Below the pieces are notes generated by a model. The model was not told the origin of the DNA and searched no databases. It saw nothing but the letters and a program-made list of their open reading frames with translations. DNA of 63,320 nt, filler included, from Syncephalis fuscata S228 (lineage: Eukaryota > Fungi > Zoopagomycota): the NCBI GenBank assembly GCA_025786725.1. It is 4 parts of 4 records of this genome, joined end to end, with 100 filler letters (N's around TTAATTAATTAA, not from the genome) between each part and the next. Parts side by side here need not be neighbours in the genome. Positions count along the whole stretch, not along the records: positions 1 to 31,464 come from JAHLTZ010000086.1; 3 more parts are not named here. One strand, 5' to 3'. The position numbers and the translations under genes are program-made. Positions 1-10,415 of this stretch are shown in pieces (positions within the stretch are counted from its first letter, which is position 1; each line of letters begins with the position of its first letter).

Positions 1-584
1 ATTGCACTTTTAGTACGGCCACTGAATAACATTTCAGTACCATACAGTGCGATCTACTACTGTCGCTACTGTATATGCTATTACCAGCACGATCTATAGT
101 GGCATCTATAGCAAATCAAGGCATACAGTAGCTTTGGCAGCATATGGTCGCTACATTCGTCGTACTGGCAGTTGTGCATATACAATAGCGTAATCTGCAA
201 TGATCCATAGCATAAACAAAGTATACAACGAGACTTCACAGCATATGCTCAAAATAACATAAAACAAGCAGGAATGCACTTACCATGTCAATAAAGCTGC
301 CAAAAGCAACGATCAGAGCAAGGAAAGTGATTTGCAAAAAAAGGTCAGATACAAAAGAGCAATGCAAGTACATAGTGTAAATAGTGTTTGTACATAACTA
401 GTAGTCAGTCAACTACTGACACTATTTAGATGATATATATGGAGTGTACAAGTATATGCAATGGATATATGCTATCAAGTGTGAAGAAAGAGAAAGGAAA
501 TGTGATGACGTAGATTGTGAGCTGTGAGTCTGTCAGTCAATATTTATAAACAGCCGAGTTTAATTCATTAATAAATGGAGTGTA

Positions 585-860
585 AATAATAAAAGTCAAT
601 CTACCCAACATGTCGATACATCATAGAACAGATTAATAGTAAATGAACAAATGCATTGAGAATAAAAGTTATTTGACACCAAAACTACTCATTATTATAG
701 AACATATACTCAGTATATTAAAAGATCAATTAAATATAATAAAAGTCATTTACACCCAAAAACACTCATTATCATAGAAGGTGTTTGTCAGTATAATAGC
801 GAATGCATTAAAGAATAAAAGTTAATTAATACTAAAAGTCAGTGTAGTACAATACATATC
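585..860. repeat. degenerate ~75-bp tandem repeat (about 4 units)
   Basis: 'taaaagt(c/t)a' recurs at 590, 663, 740, 816; shared 'actcattat(t/c)atagaa' and 'tcagtata' in the middle units. Confidence 0.5.
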
Positions 861-1026
861 AACGGTTACTACATTATAAAGATGAACAATGGCTTACATA
901 TTAAATAGAATAAAAATAATAGTATTTATTTATAATATATAAGTAATTAATGTACATACAAGATGAGACAACTATGCAGTATGATTAGTATTGTGATTTG
1001 TATAATTGTTAGTAAGTACTTACCTT

Positions 1027-3400
1027 TTATTTAGCATTCTTTTTGCTAAAACGGACCTTGCGAGGTGGCAGACTCCCTTTGTTTTTGACGCACAATGTCT
1101 TGTATTTGGAATAACGGATGCGTTTTGGACTGCGGGTTGGAGGACTAGGTGCTATATGCCGCCGTGTTCCTGTTACCCGTGGTGGCGATACACGTGCTGG
1201 TGCTGGTGCAACAGCTACTGCTGGCGTGACCGGTGGAGCTGTTACCGGTGTAGTAGCTGTTGCTGTTGGTGGTGGAGCTGTTACTGGTGTAGTAGCTGTT
1301 GGTGGTGGTGGCTGTAATGCTGGTGGTGGAGGTGGAGGTGGAGGCGGTGGTGCTGGTGCTGATCCATTGTTGAACCAAGAACAGTTCAATGCCTGGGCGA
1401 CGGTATACCGTGTGGTACTATCTAGATCTAGTAATCCTTCCATCAATTGAATGGCTGCAGTGTATTAGTTAATGTTAATAAAAAATATATAACTTACCTT
1501 GATTACTTAACCCGTTGATTCTTCCCCGGCCAAATGTGGGCGGATTCTGTAGTATACGCCTCATATACATAGATTGGGTCTTTACTATGCTATATGGGCA
1601 GCGTCCTAATTAACAGTATTAAACAGTTAGTATTTGCTTTTGTTTTTGTTTGCACTTACCCAGTAACATCGTATGGAGCGTTGCTCCCAAGCCCCACATA
1701 TCGGCGGGCTTTCCATACCCCTTAGCATTCAACAATGCTGAAGGTAGCCGATCTTTGGCCCCAGGCATGCTTTTGATGATATCCTCCATATTCTCCCGCC
1801 TATTAGTTCCCAAAAGCACCTCAGGTGCCATGTAGGCAACTGTGCCGCAAAAAGTGGTCACAGTTAGTGAAGGAGGGAGAATGCATGCCATCCCAAAGTC
1901 TGTAAATACGACTCTGGGACCCCCCTGGCCACCAAACAACAGCATGTTGTCGGGCTATTTAAATGTTAGCAATAATTACAAATATTTAATAAATACTTAC
2001 TTTGATATCTAAATAACAATAGTAATAATAGTAATAATAGTAATAATAGTGATTAGTGATTATATTAATTAATAGGTTAATGTATTTACCACGATGAATG
2101 ATATTCATGCTATGAAGGTGCTAATAAAATGTTAGTATTTTAATTAATGTTTTATACTAGTACTTACTTGAATACCTTCAAGCAGCTGTTTAAAGATATA
2201 TTTTGCTTCCATCTCTGGAAGTGGGGCTTTTGAGACGATGTGATTAATTAGATCACCGCCTGTTGCGTACTCAAGAGACAAGTACGTGTTCAGGGCGGTG
2301 ACCGTACCATCTAAAAAGCCTATTACGCCAGGGTGGTTACCCACCGCACGTAATGTGGCGACTTCATTATTGAAGCTTTTAAGGCCGCTTCCTTTTGATG
2401 ATACTTTGACCGCAACACGTTCGCCTGTGCTGCGGTCAAATCCCATGTAGACTTGGCCAAAAGCGCCCCTAATATAAATAATTAGTAGCTAATTAGTTAG
2501 TTTAATTTATTACTTACTCTCCAATGGGCTTATCAACAAGCATGAACTTCTGGTTGATTTTCTATAACATTAATAAAATAATATTAGCAATATTTAAATA
2601 TAATTGTAAACTTACCTTTTCGTATTCTTTGCTGTCTTCTATTTTTACAGGCTTATAATGTTTAATGATGTATATATTAAACGTTACTGCCACGCATAAT
2701 TAGAAATAATCATAAATAATCACTTGTCACTTACTATTGTGGCCAGGTATTGTGACAACACAATCACCAGCAACTCTTCTTGACTCACTGGCACTCAATT
2801 CAATATTATTGACTAAAATAATTGTTAGTGAAATAATTACTATTACTTGTTTAAACTAACCCATTAAAACATCTAGTTCAATGTTCTAAATCACTAATTA
2901 GTATTAATAATGTTAAATGCCCATTTACTTACTTTGAATGTAATAAAACCATTCGACTATAATAATTCATAATTAGTACCCATTTATCAATGCAAAATAT
3001 TATACTTACTACTAAAAATTTGAAGCATTGATCTGGCAAAGATGCATTATTCAGGCGGACGTTGCTGTTTAAATGTGTATGATATTAGCTTATTATTTAT
3101 GTATTGTTTTAAATAATTACCAGCCTTGATCGGACCCAACAGTATAACTCCTATTTCTTATCAACAGAATTTCTAAATAAACACTAGTTAGATATATTTA
3201 TACTTAGTATTGTTTAACTTACTTCTAGATCCTGCTTCATGGATTCTAGCCCATGCAATGGTGTTAGCACGCATGGGCATAGACAGAGTGTTCCAGATTT
3301 CTGGAACGTTATAAAACATCAAATCCTCATCACTTAGAAGATTTAATGGCTGTTGAACAGCAACAGCAGCTGGGGCGGTTGGGGCGGAAGTAGAAGACAT
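1027..3400 (-). CDS. FHA-domain + Ser/Thr protein kinase (Chk2/Rad53/Mek1-like), many introns, Pro-rich tail
   Basis: Spliced reading gives IGEGAFGQVY, VAVK, HRDIKPDN, DFG, GTVAYMAPE, ADMWGLG. N-terminal exons read YTVGSDQGC..VNN.EL..GD.V.I (FHA-like). Canonical gtaagt/ag introns. Confidence 0.85.
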
Positions 3401-3534
3401 TTTTATAAAATATAAAATAAAAATGAGTAAATGGGTAAATTTCAAGTTGAAAGTTATAAACTGGAAGTAGAGCTGTAGAAAAAGTAAGGTAAACAATTAT
3501 GTATTGCTCTTTCGTTTATTTAAATATTTACAGC

Positions 3535-4060
3535 ATTATAGTAGCAATTAATGTTGAAGCCAATGCCGCAATTGCAATCAGTATTCTAAGAATCATCAGA
3601 ATGCAAATCAGCGTGGAAGGCAATACAGCAATGCCAACTGATATTCTAAAAAGGTATAATACCAATCAGTATTCTAGGAAATATTGTAATGCCAACTAGC
3701 ATTGGATGCAATGTCACAACACCAACCATTATTCTAGGAAGCATTGCAATGCAAATCAGTATTGAAGACAAAGCTACAGTGCCAACCAGTATTTTAAAAA
3801 AAGCACAATGTAAATCAGTATGGAAGGCAACATCACAATGTAATTTTTTATTCTAAAAATATTACAATGTCAATCAGTACTGGATGCAATGTTAGAATGC
3901 CAACCAGTGCTGAAGACGATGTTATGTTGCCAATCAATATAGAAAGCATTGCCACAATGTAAATCATTATTGACTGCAATGCTACAATGCCAACCAGTAT
4001 TCTAAGAAATAGTACAATGCCAACCAGTATAGAAGGTGATACAAGAATAACAATGTAGGC
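3535..4060. repeat. degenerate ~30-bp tandem array upstream of the kinase
   Basis: Core 'atgc(c/a)a(a)(c/t)cagta(t/c)t' recurs about every 30 nt, roughly 17 units. Confidence 0.65.
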
Positions 4061-5230
4061 AAACAATGCTTTTAAAAGACACAAAAAGCCCATGTGGATA
4101 AATGGTTTATTTTTAGTGTAGCAAACAGGCAAATTACTAGCCAACAATCAAAGCGCCAACCGCAGCAAATAAAGAAACAGCTACAAATAAACCATTGATG
4201 CCATTGAATGCTACAACACAAAGAAAAGACTAACAGCGTGCTGCAGACTTTATAGTGACAGTGAAATAAGGGCATTGTTTTGCATGATGCATAGTAGCAT
4301 CAAAGTATTGTTCTTAAATGGTGCAGAATGGCATCAGATTATTGGTTCCAGGCGATGCAAGTGGCAGCAAACTATTGTTCTTGAATACCATTTTGCGTCA
4401 TCATATTGATACAATATTGCAAATAATGGCAATGACAGCAGAACATTGTTCCTAGATAACACAAAATGGCATATCATTGATACAGTCATCCAAATACACA
4501 GTTTATTTGTTTAAAAATAGAACATTCGGAGCAATGCTTTGTCTTATTCAAAATATGGCATTCTATGGCCATAAGCTGAACTAGAAACTATACCAGGAAC
4601 TGGGTAATTAGCTTTTATCGCCTTTGTATGCTGTAGGCTAAACGAAGTCTATCTAGAAGAACGGCCATACATATAATAATTAACACTTGTAAACATATTT
4701 TAGCAAGCTAAAAAGAATATGTTTTTATTTATCAACATCTTAAACCATCTTATACACCAGTTCAAGTAGTTATGTACAAATAGATTGGTAAAATAAATAG
4801 TAAAATAAATAAATATAACATTTTTGCAAACATTAACCATTTAGTATGATTTAATGGCCAAATGACTACATCTAATAACATTTGTTTTATTAAACATAAA
4901 AATGGGTGGTAAATGATGTCAGTCATCAAATACTCATCATCGTAGATCAATTATCCAGTATGCATATATCTTCTATCCATTTATATCATTTCCATTGTAT
5001 ATCCATACAACTATATACTATTCTATGATATACAGACAATATATATTTGTTATATATATTAAATCGTTTTATTGCTTAATAAATAATATAGCTTCAATGT
5101 TGCTATTTATACTTTCTCATTGTATATTTATGATATTCTATAACTGTATAATACATTAGATATGCGCTAGCTAAAACTGCTGTTCATTTGACACTATTTT
5201 GTTATTTATAAATATCAACTCATTTATTTT

Positions 5231-6284
5231 ATTAAATCACTAGCAATACAGTTGCGATGTTGTTATTCATTCACATGCTTATCATTCTGCTATAGAATAG
5301 ACATAAACTGTTAATAAAATATTTATTGCTACCTGTATTTATAATTGACATGGAAGCACACTTCAGTATAACTGGATGGACAATCGAGTCAACCGACTGG
5401 TGCAGATATGATTGTTTTGTGGACAAGTGTAGAATAAAAAAGGGACTATCATCTGATCTAGTGGTGAAATGGCATCCGTGCACCAAAATGGTCCAGCCAG
5501 GCGCAATACACCAATAAACAGTCGCCATGTACTCTACCAATATTGTCCATTCTAATTGGTGGATATATTTTGGAATAAGCTTATAAGGCTGTGCTGAGCG
5601 TACTTTTGCTCATTACTTCGCTTTCTCTTGTTTCTAGTTGTTAATATGCTGTAAACTGCTTGTTAATGGAAGCATCTGTTCTAGTAGCTATATCCAGTGG
5701 TGAGTGGTCTCCTTGTTGGTTGATCACGATATACTGCGTTATGCATTTGAGCTGTGTTGAATGTAGAATACAGTAGTGCAGACTACTGTGCTATACTAGC
5801 TCAGCAACTATATGGTTGCCTGTACTAGGCAGCTGTATACTGGCATAGTGCGGAGATATGTGGGATAACAGGGTGTGCAGTACTGTGTTTAGCAAGTCAG
5901 TATTGCTGTGCACTCCCCTCATGTTGATGCGGCGACCCGTATGGGTGGTCATATGTTAGTGCTCACTTGTATTGAACGTGCACTGGAGGTGTGTTTGATA
6001 GCCTTCAACTTGCTGAATACTATCATCGCACACTAGACTGGTGTGATATGTGGCTTATTCGTACTGAATACCATGCATTACACTGTTTACTTGTGGGTGT
6101 TGTTAAACGATTGTAATAGAACACTAGTCGCCATACCATTTTAGTTTTCAACTGCCGTGCTAGATACTCTATACAACACTGACATAAACAAGGACTAACG
6201 ACCGAAAACAAATGGCATCTCTACTACTAATAATGTCTTAGCGTAGACTGGTTACTATATTACAATCATTTAATGACATATCAG
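5231..6284 (+). pseudogene. degenerate 28S (LSU) rRNA domains IV-VI segment
   Basis: In canonical order: attaaa.ca.tagca..ttgcgatg (H65-66), gtc..gac..gtgca (H71), gtgaaa, actcta..attgt..gaataag, catctgtt 5673, gggataacagg 5862 (PTC), tgctcac 5960 (A-loop-like), gaacgtg 5974, gaggtgtgttt 5986, tacaatc 6261. Confidence 0.65.
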
Positions 6285-6540
6285 TATATGGTGATGTGCT
6301 GTTTAGTTGTAATATGTTGTGGTGCTCATGTGTTCAGCTCTAGACATCAACTACAAATGGGTGAATCCATAGTTTGGTGCAGCTTATTGCTACGCTTGAA
6401 TTACCATGGCATCTTGTAACATTTATTGAACAGCATCGCCATCAAGATAGCAGCTAATATAGAGCTGTACGCATCCGACAAATATTACTTACGCCCAAGT
6501 CGTAGTAGTGTCGGTACTCCAGGTGGACGTATAGTTGCTG
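6285..6540 (+). pseudogene. degenerate 18S rRNA 5' end fused to 18S 3' end (middle deleted)
   Basis: tatatggtgat ~UAUCUGGUUGAU; agttgtaatatgttgt ~AGUAGUCAUAUGCUUGU; aactacaaatgg ~AACUGCGAAUGG; ctacgcttgaattaccatgg ~CUACUUGGAUAACCGUGG; agctaata; then cgccc-aagtcgta and tccaggtggac ~UCCGUAGGUGAAC. Confidence 0.6.
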
Positions 6541-6561
6541 TATTAGCTGCTATCTTGTTTA

Positions 6562-6730
6562 ACAACTTTTAACAACATTTCTAGTTTATTTGTATAGCAG
6601 ATAACAACAATACACAAACAACTACACTCGTGTACACTATAAACTATACGCAAGGAACAATCAACTAGATGTAGGTGCTTATTACTACTAAACAATACTA
6701 ACGCACTTTTATTATAGCTATTCAAGCATT
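6562..6730 (+). pseudogene. degenerate 5.8S rRNA segment
   Basis: acaacttttaacaac (6562-6576) matches the 5.8S 5' start as recalled for zygomycetes; aacgcac 6700-6706 ~GAACGCAC at the expected distance. Confidence 0.6.
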
Positions 6731-6734
6731 GGTG

Positions 6735-7260
6735 CCGGATCAACAAGTATATCTGAACTGCATTTGTTATCGGACACAAATATTTTGCATGCAACTTACA
6801 ATACCAACTATAGAATTCGTTGGCACAAGCATTGACAACAATACTGTATACTGTCGTTGGTACTATTGTTTGGACCGGATTCTAAATGGGACATATACTT
6901 ATCTGGTTTATATTACCCAACACTAACTGGCATTGCTATTGCGCATCTGCTAAATGCTTTGGTTTGATTGAAGTGGTGGTAATAAAGAGGGAGGTGGTGG
7001 GCATTACACATATATTACATTGAAATGGTAGATTTAATAAAGAAGCGCATGAGGTGTTTGCTGAATCGACATAACACTGTGACTCCATTACTAGTTTGTC
7101 TAATGTTGTGCTTATTATGTTTAATAAAACTATAATACTGGTACATGTATTCAATTAAAGTCACTGATACTTGAATGGCTAGATTACAAGTAGCTACATT
7201 CAATACTGCATCTACGCCAACTATTTTAATAATAGTGCCAATGATTTATTTATTGCTGTG
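6735..7260 (+). pseudogene. degenerate 28S rRNA 5' segment (domain I into D2)
   Basis: ctgaactgcat..cgga ~CUGAACUUAAGCAU..GCGGA (6753-6774); ttgtttgg 6866; tctaaatggg 6881; tgaaatggtaga..gaagcgc ~UGAAAUUGUUGAAAGGGAAGCGC (7021-7048). Confidence 0.6.
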
Positions 7261-7272
7261 TTATTTATTGCC

Positions 7273-8131
7273 ATTTAACATGATCCAGTGGTCAAATGGC
7301 TGCATTTAATAGCATCTAATCTATTGAACATGATGATGGGTGGTGAGTGACATCAATCATCAAATACTTATCGTTGTAGATTCATTATCCAGTATGCATA
7401 TATTTAGTACACATATACTTTATTCACCTATATCATTCTATTTTATTCTATAATGATATATATCATTTTATAACATACTAGACACATTCTATTGTTTATA
7501 TGTTTCAATATACTTTATTCACACCACTCATTATGCTATACACACTATAGCTTTGACATCGTTTTATATGCTTTCTCACCGTACATTTACCATTTTATAT
7601 ACTATTCTATACTCGCCTAGTCTTCCTTTATCCAGAACTGCTTTTATGTTTGTTCTAGCTTTATTATTAATAAATCTTGACTAATTCTGCTCATTGGTCA
7701 TGCATATATTTTCAACAACTTTGACACTACTAATCGTCACTTTAGTTTGGATATTCATTATACAACTTTATTGATTTATTACACAAGAGCTACGAACCGA
7801 CTAAAGTCGCTGTCCGTCTGGTTCTAGCTGTATTATTGATAAAGCTTAGTTCATTTACTCGTTAGTCTATATATACTTGAGATTTATAGCAAATGGGCTG
7901 TCTACTATGTGATATAATGATATATAGTAGTGTGGAATAAAATGGGAATGATATAGGTGAATAAAGTATATGTGTACTGAATATATGCATACTGGATAAT
8001 GAATCTACAACGATGAGTATTTGATGATTAATGCCATTCACCACTCATCATTATGTTCAATAGATTAAATGTCCACTTCAATTATGCAAATATTATATAT
8101 GTAGTCATTTGACCACCAGATCACATCAAAT
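7273..8131. mobile_element. non-autonomous TIR element (MITE-like), ~860 bp with ~150-200 bp imperfect TIRs
   Basis: Left arm ...tcaaatggctgcattt...atcaaatact...ttatccagtatgcatata mirrored by ...tatatgcatactggataatg...gagtatttgat...gtagtcatttgacc; many related copies in the window. Confidence 0.75.
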
Positions 8132-8484
8132 CTTCAATAAGCTGTCTATTGATCTTTCATATCATTCGGTCTCATATTCAATAATGTTACGTGGTGTAGC
8201 TGTCATCGCAACAAACAACATTATTTACCTATCTGCTACAGGTAGCGCAAATGTAATAATCGTATAGCAGATAAGTAATTCTTATGGGCAAATACATAAG
8301 ACGGCTATAGCAAGTATGATATGACTTATTAGTTGCTACAGCATAGCTGTATTTACATAATAATACATCATTTTTGAGACAATGTTACGCATCATAGAAT
8401 GATCTTTATAAAAACGGCAATTTATATGTAACATAGCCTTTGTAACACAGGTTTATAAAATTTATTCCATTCAAGTCTGATATA

Positions 8485-9892
8485 TTAGTTCACGCTTGGC
8501 GTAGCTGTATGTTTATCAATCCATTCAACAATTGTTTTAAAGAAATCCTCCTTTTCAAGTTCGTTGTGTACTATGCAAATAAGTTAGATTAATACACACA
8601 CGCCATTATCAATATGCAAATGCTATCATACCTTCATGGCGGTTTTCTTCTAATAAAAGCAGTGTTTTATCCAAGTCCTCTGGCAGCTTATTAAAGAATT
8701 CCTGACTCGAATCCGGACTGAACAGCATCAGCAGTGTTAGATGACGGATTATATTAATAGACATTATCGTGCGACATACCATGTAATCTCGTCATGAGTG
8801 CCGTGAACTAGGAGCAATGGTGTTTTAAAAGTTGCATATCTCTTATTGAGCAAAGCATCGCCATTCTCCAACACATCTTTGACTATATCATACAATGTAA
8901 TGAGTACCATCAATAAATAGATGTCTATTAACTTACGAGTGCGCAATGTTGAATGGCTAATGTTATATTCACTAGCCTTGTAAGCAGTAACCACTTCAGA
9001 ATCGCGAGTTAGGTTGTTATGATCTAGCAGCGGTAAAAGAAACACCTCAATAAGTATTGTGTGGATCAGATATTGCAAAGCATTTTACCAAAGCCCGGAT
9101 CCATGTGAAAAGTCGGCATAATCTTTGCCAATAAAGATGCAGTTGTGCGTAGAAAAGTGCCGGGGCGTACCCTCTTGCCCGTTTGAATGGCAGGACCTAG
9201 GCCACATGGCTTTAGTTTTGATGCATTGTGCATCAATTAATATCACTCACCCGTGCTAATGATACCATCGATGGGGTCCTTTTCAGCGCGAAGTGCGCCA
9301 TAATTAAGCACAATCATACCACCCATTGAATGGCCATACTAATTCAATAATAACGGCAAATTAATCAAATGTGGGCCCATTGTCTAATAATAGATTTACC
9401 AAAAAGTGTGGCACGCCTTTGATACGCGCTCGCTTGTTTGCGGCTTCTACATCATCGAGTACCTTCTTGAATCCTTCAGTGTGTCCCAAAATACCATTTC
9501 GAAGACCGGTTTTGCCATATCCACGCTGGTCATAACCATGCGACTGAATGCCAGCCTGTGCTAGTACTCGCATAATTTGATCGTATCGGTCAATATGCTC
9601 ACCAAGACCGTGAATAAATGTCACAGTTGCCTTGGCCGATTCATTTTTGGGCTATTCAAAACATACTAAAATAAGCCGACACATATTGTTGCAGACCAGC
9701 AAAGCTTACCGCGTAAGTAACCGTGTAAAACTGGTGTCTGTCATGCTCTATCCAAGCCTCAGTACGGAGAATCTCATCGTCTTCCAAATTAACTTTGGTA
9801 TTCTCAACAGTCGTATTTTGAGTGTCTGTTTCAAGGACGGCTTCTACCAGGAGTTTCTCTCTGGCAGTAGCAGGAGTAGCAGTGTCAGTCAT
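8485..9892 (-). CDS. monoglyceride lipase / lysophospholipase (alpha/beta hydrolase, Yju3-like), spliced
   Basis: HGLGEH, DQRGYG, GHSMGG nucleophile elbow, LLVHGTHD, C-terminal HE.HNE. Confidence 0.85.
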
Positions 9893-10415
9893 GGTGGATT
9901 GAGTAAATGGTAGGTAATAATGTGTGGGCAAGAGAATAGCAAGAATGGTCAAACGGCAAATAGATACATTAATTCCGTAGGCCTTTCACCGCCATTCCTG
10001 ATACAGATACCAATTAACCAATTAACCAACCATCTGTTTAGCCGCATCTCGGCCAACGTGGGCTGGCAGATAAGTCCTTATTTGGTAGCTGAATAATAGG
10101 TGCTATAATGCTTATAACCATTATTGTTACCATGTAGTCGAATATCGGCCACATGCAGCTACAAGGGTCAATAAACGCGGATCACAGCAACCTGTTTGTT
10201 TCGTAAATCTCGTACATGTGGAGTATGGAATAAACCCGTCCATTCTCAATATAAACAGCTGATACATTCATGTAGTATTCATCAGTTAATTCCCTATCGT
10301 CGCATTGTCATATAGCACTTTGTTAACAAAGTATTGATTACTTTGATTGAAAAGAGCATATCATAAATTTTCACGTCTTTTATTCCGCAATATTGTAACT
10401 ATTACTCTGCAAATC

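Larger units (their letters stand above)
5238..7260 (+). ncRNA. candidate ~2-kb structured RNA derived from a miniaturised, permuted rRNA unit (copy A)
   Basis: No credible ORF. Dense helices with G:U pairs on the + strand, e.g. a 20-bp stem 6443-6462/6538-6557. Ends pair (5238-5248/7251-7260; 5250-5260/7208-7222). Colinear degenerate rRNA motifs throughout. Confidence 0.7.
4839..8131 (+). mobile_element. composite repeat copy A: MITE arm + 2-kb rRNA-derived structured element + full MITE
   Basis: Highly similar to 20765-24393 (+) and to 13880-16735 (reverse complement); identical short ORFs in the track; outer ends are inverted arms (atttagtatgat... / ...atcacatcaaat). Confidence 0.85.

Noticed and set aside
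1006-1450. Plus-strand Gly-rich and Cys/Trp-rich ORFs
   Set aside because: Antisense shadows of the kinase Pro-rich tail; the same applies to antisense ORFs over the LPMO, DUF3712 and GRDP genes
4898-4915. aaatgggtggtaaat in the MITE arm as 28S-derived
   Set aside because: Other arm copies read gatgggtggtgagtg, so the match is probably coincidental
6558-6660. Telomerase RNA template, or a sarcin-ricin loop at tacgcaaggaac
   Set aside because: The aacaac repeat is better explained as the 5.8S start; the SRL-like motif lacks its stem and is out of colinear position
5271-7203. Short ORFs (60-89 aa) in the triplicated element as protein genes
   Set aside because: No domain motifs, overlapping on both strands, mostly non-ATG starts; they are shared only because the DNA is repeated
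6460-7205. Group II intron domain V (gagctgtacg..cgtatagtt; hairpin 7171-7203), or hammerhead, twister, HDV or hairpin ribozymes
   Set aside because: No complete catalytic core could be assembled by eye on either strand; a covariance search is still worth running
5238-7260. Functional rRNA gene or simple mitochondrial rRNA NUMT
   Set aside because: Essential domains are missing and universal residues altered; the 5.8S and cytoplasmic-type motifs argue against a mitochondrial origin despite the GGGATAACAGGGT match
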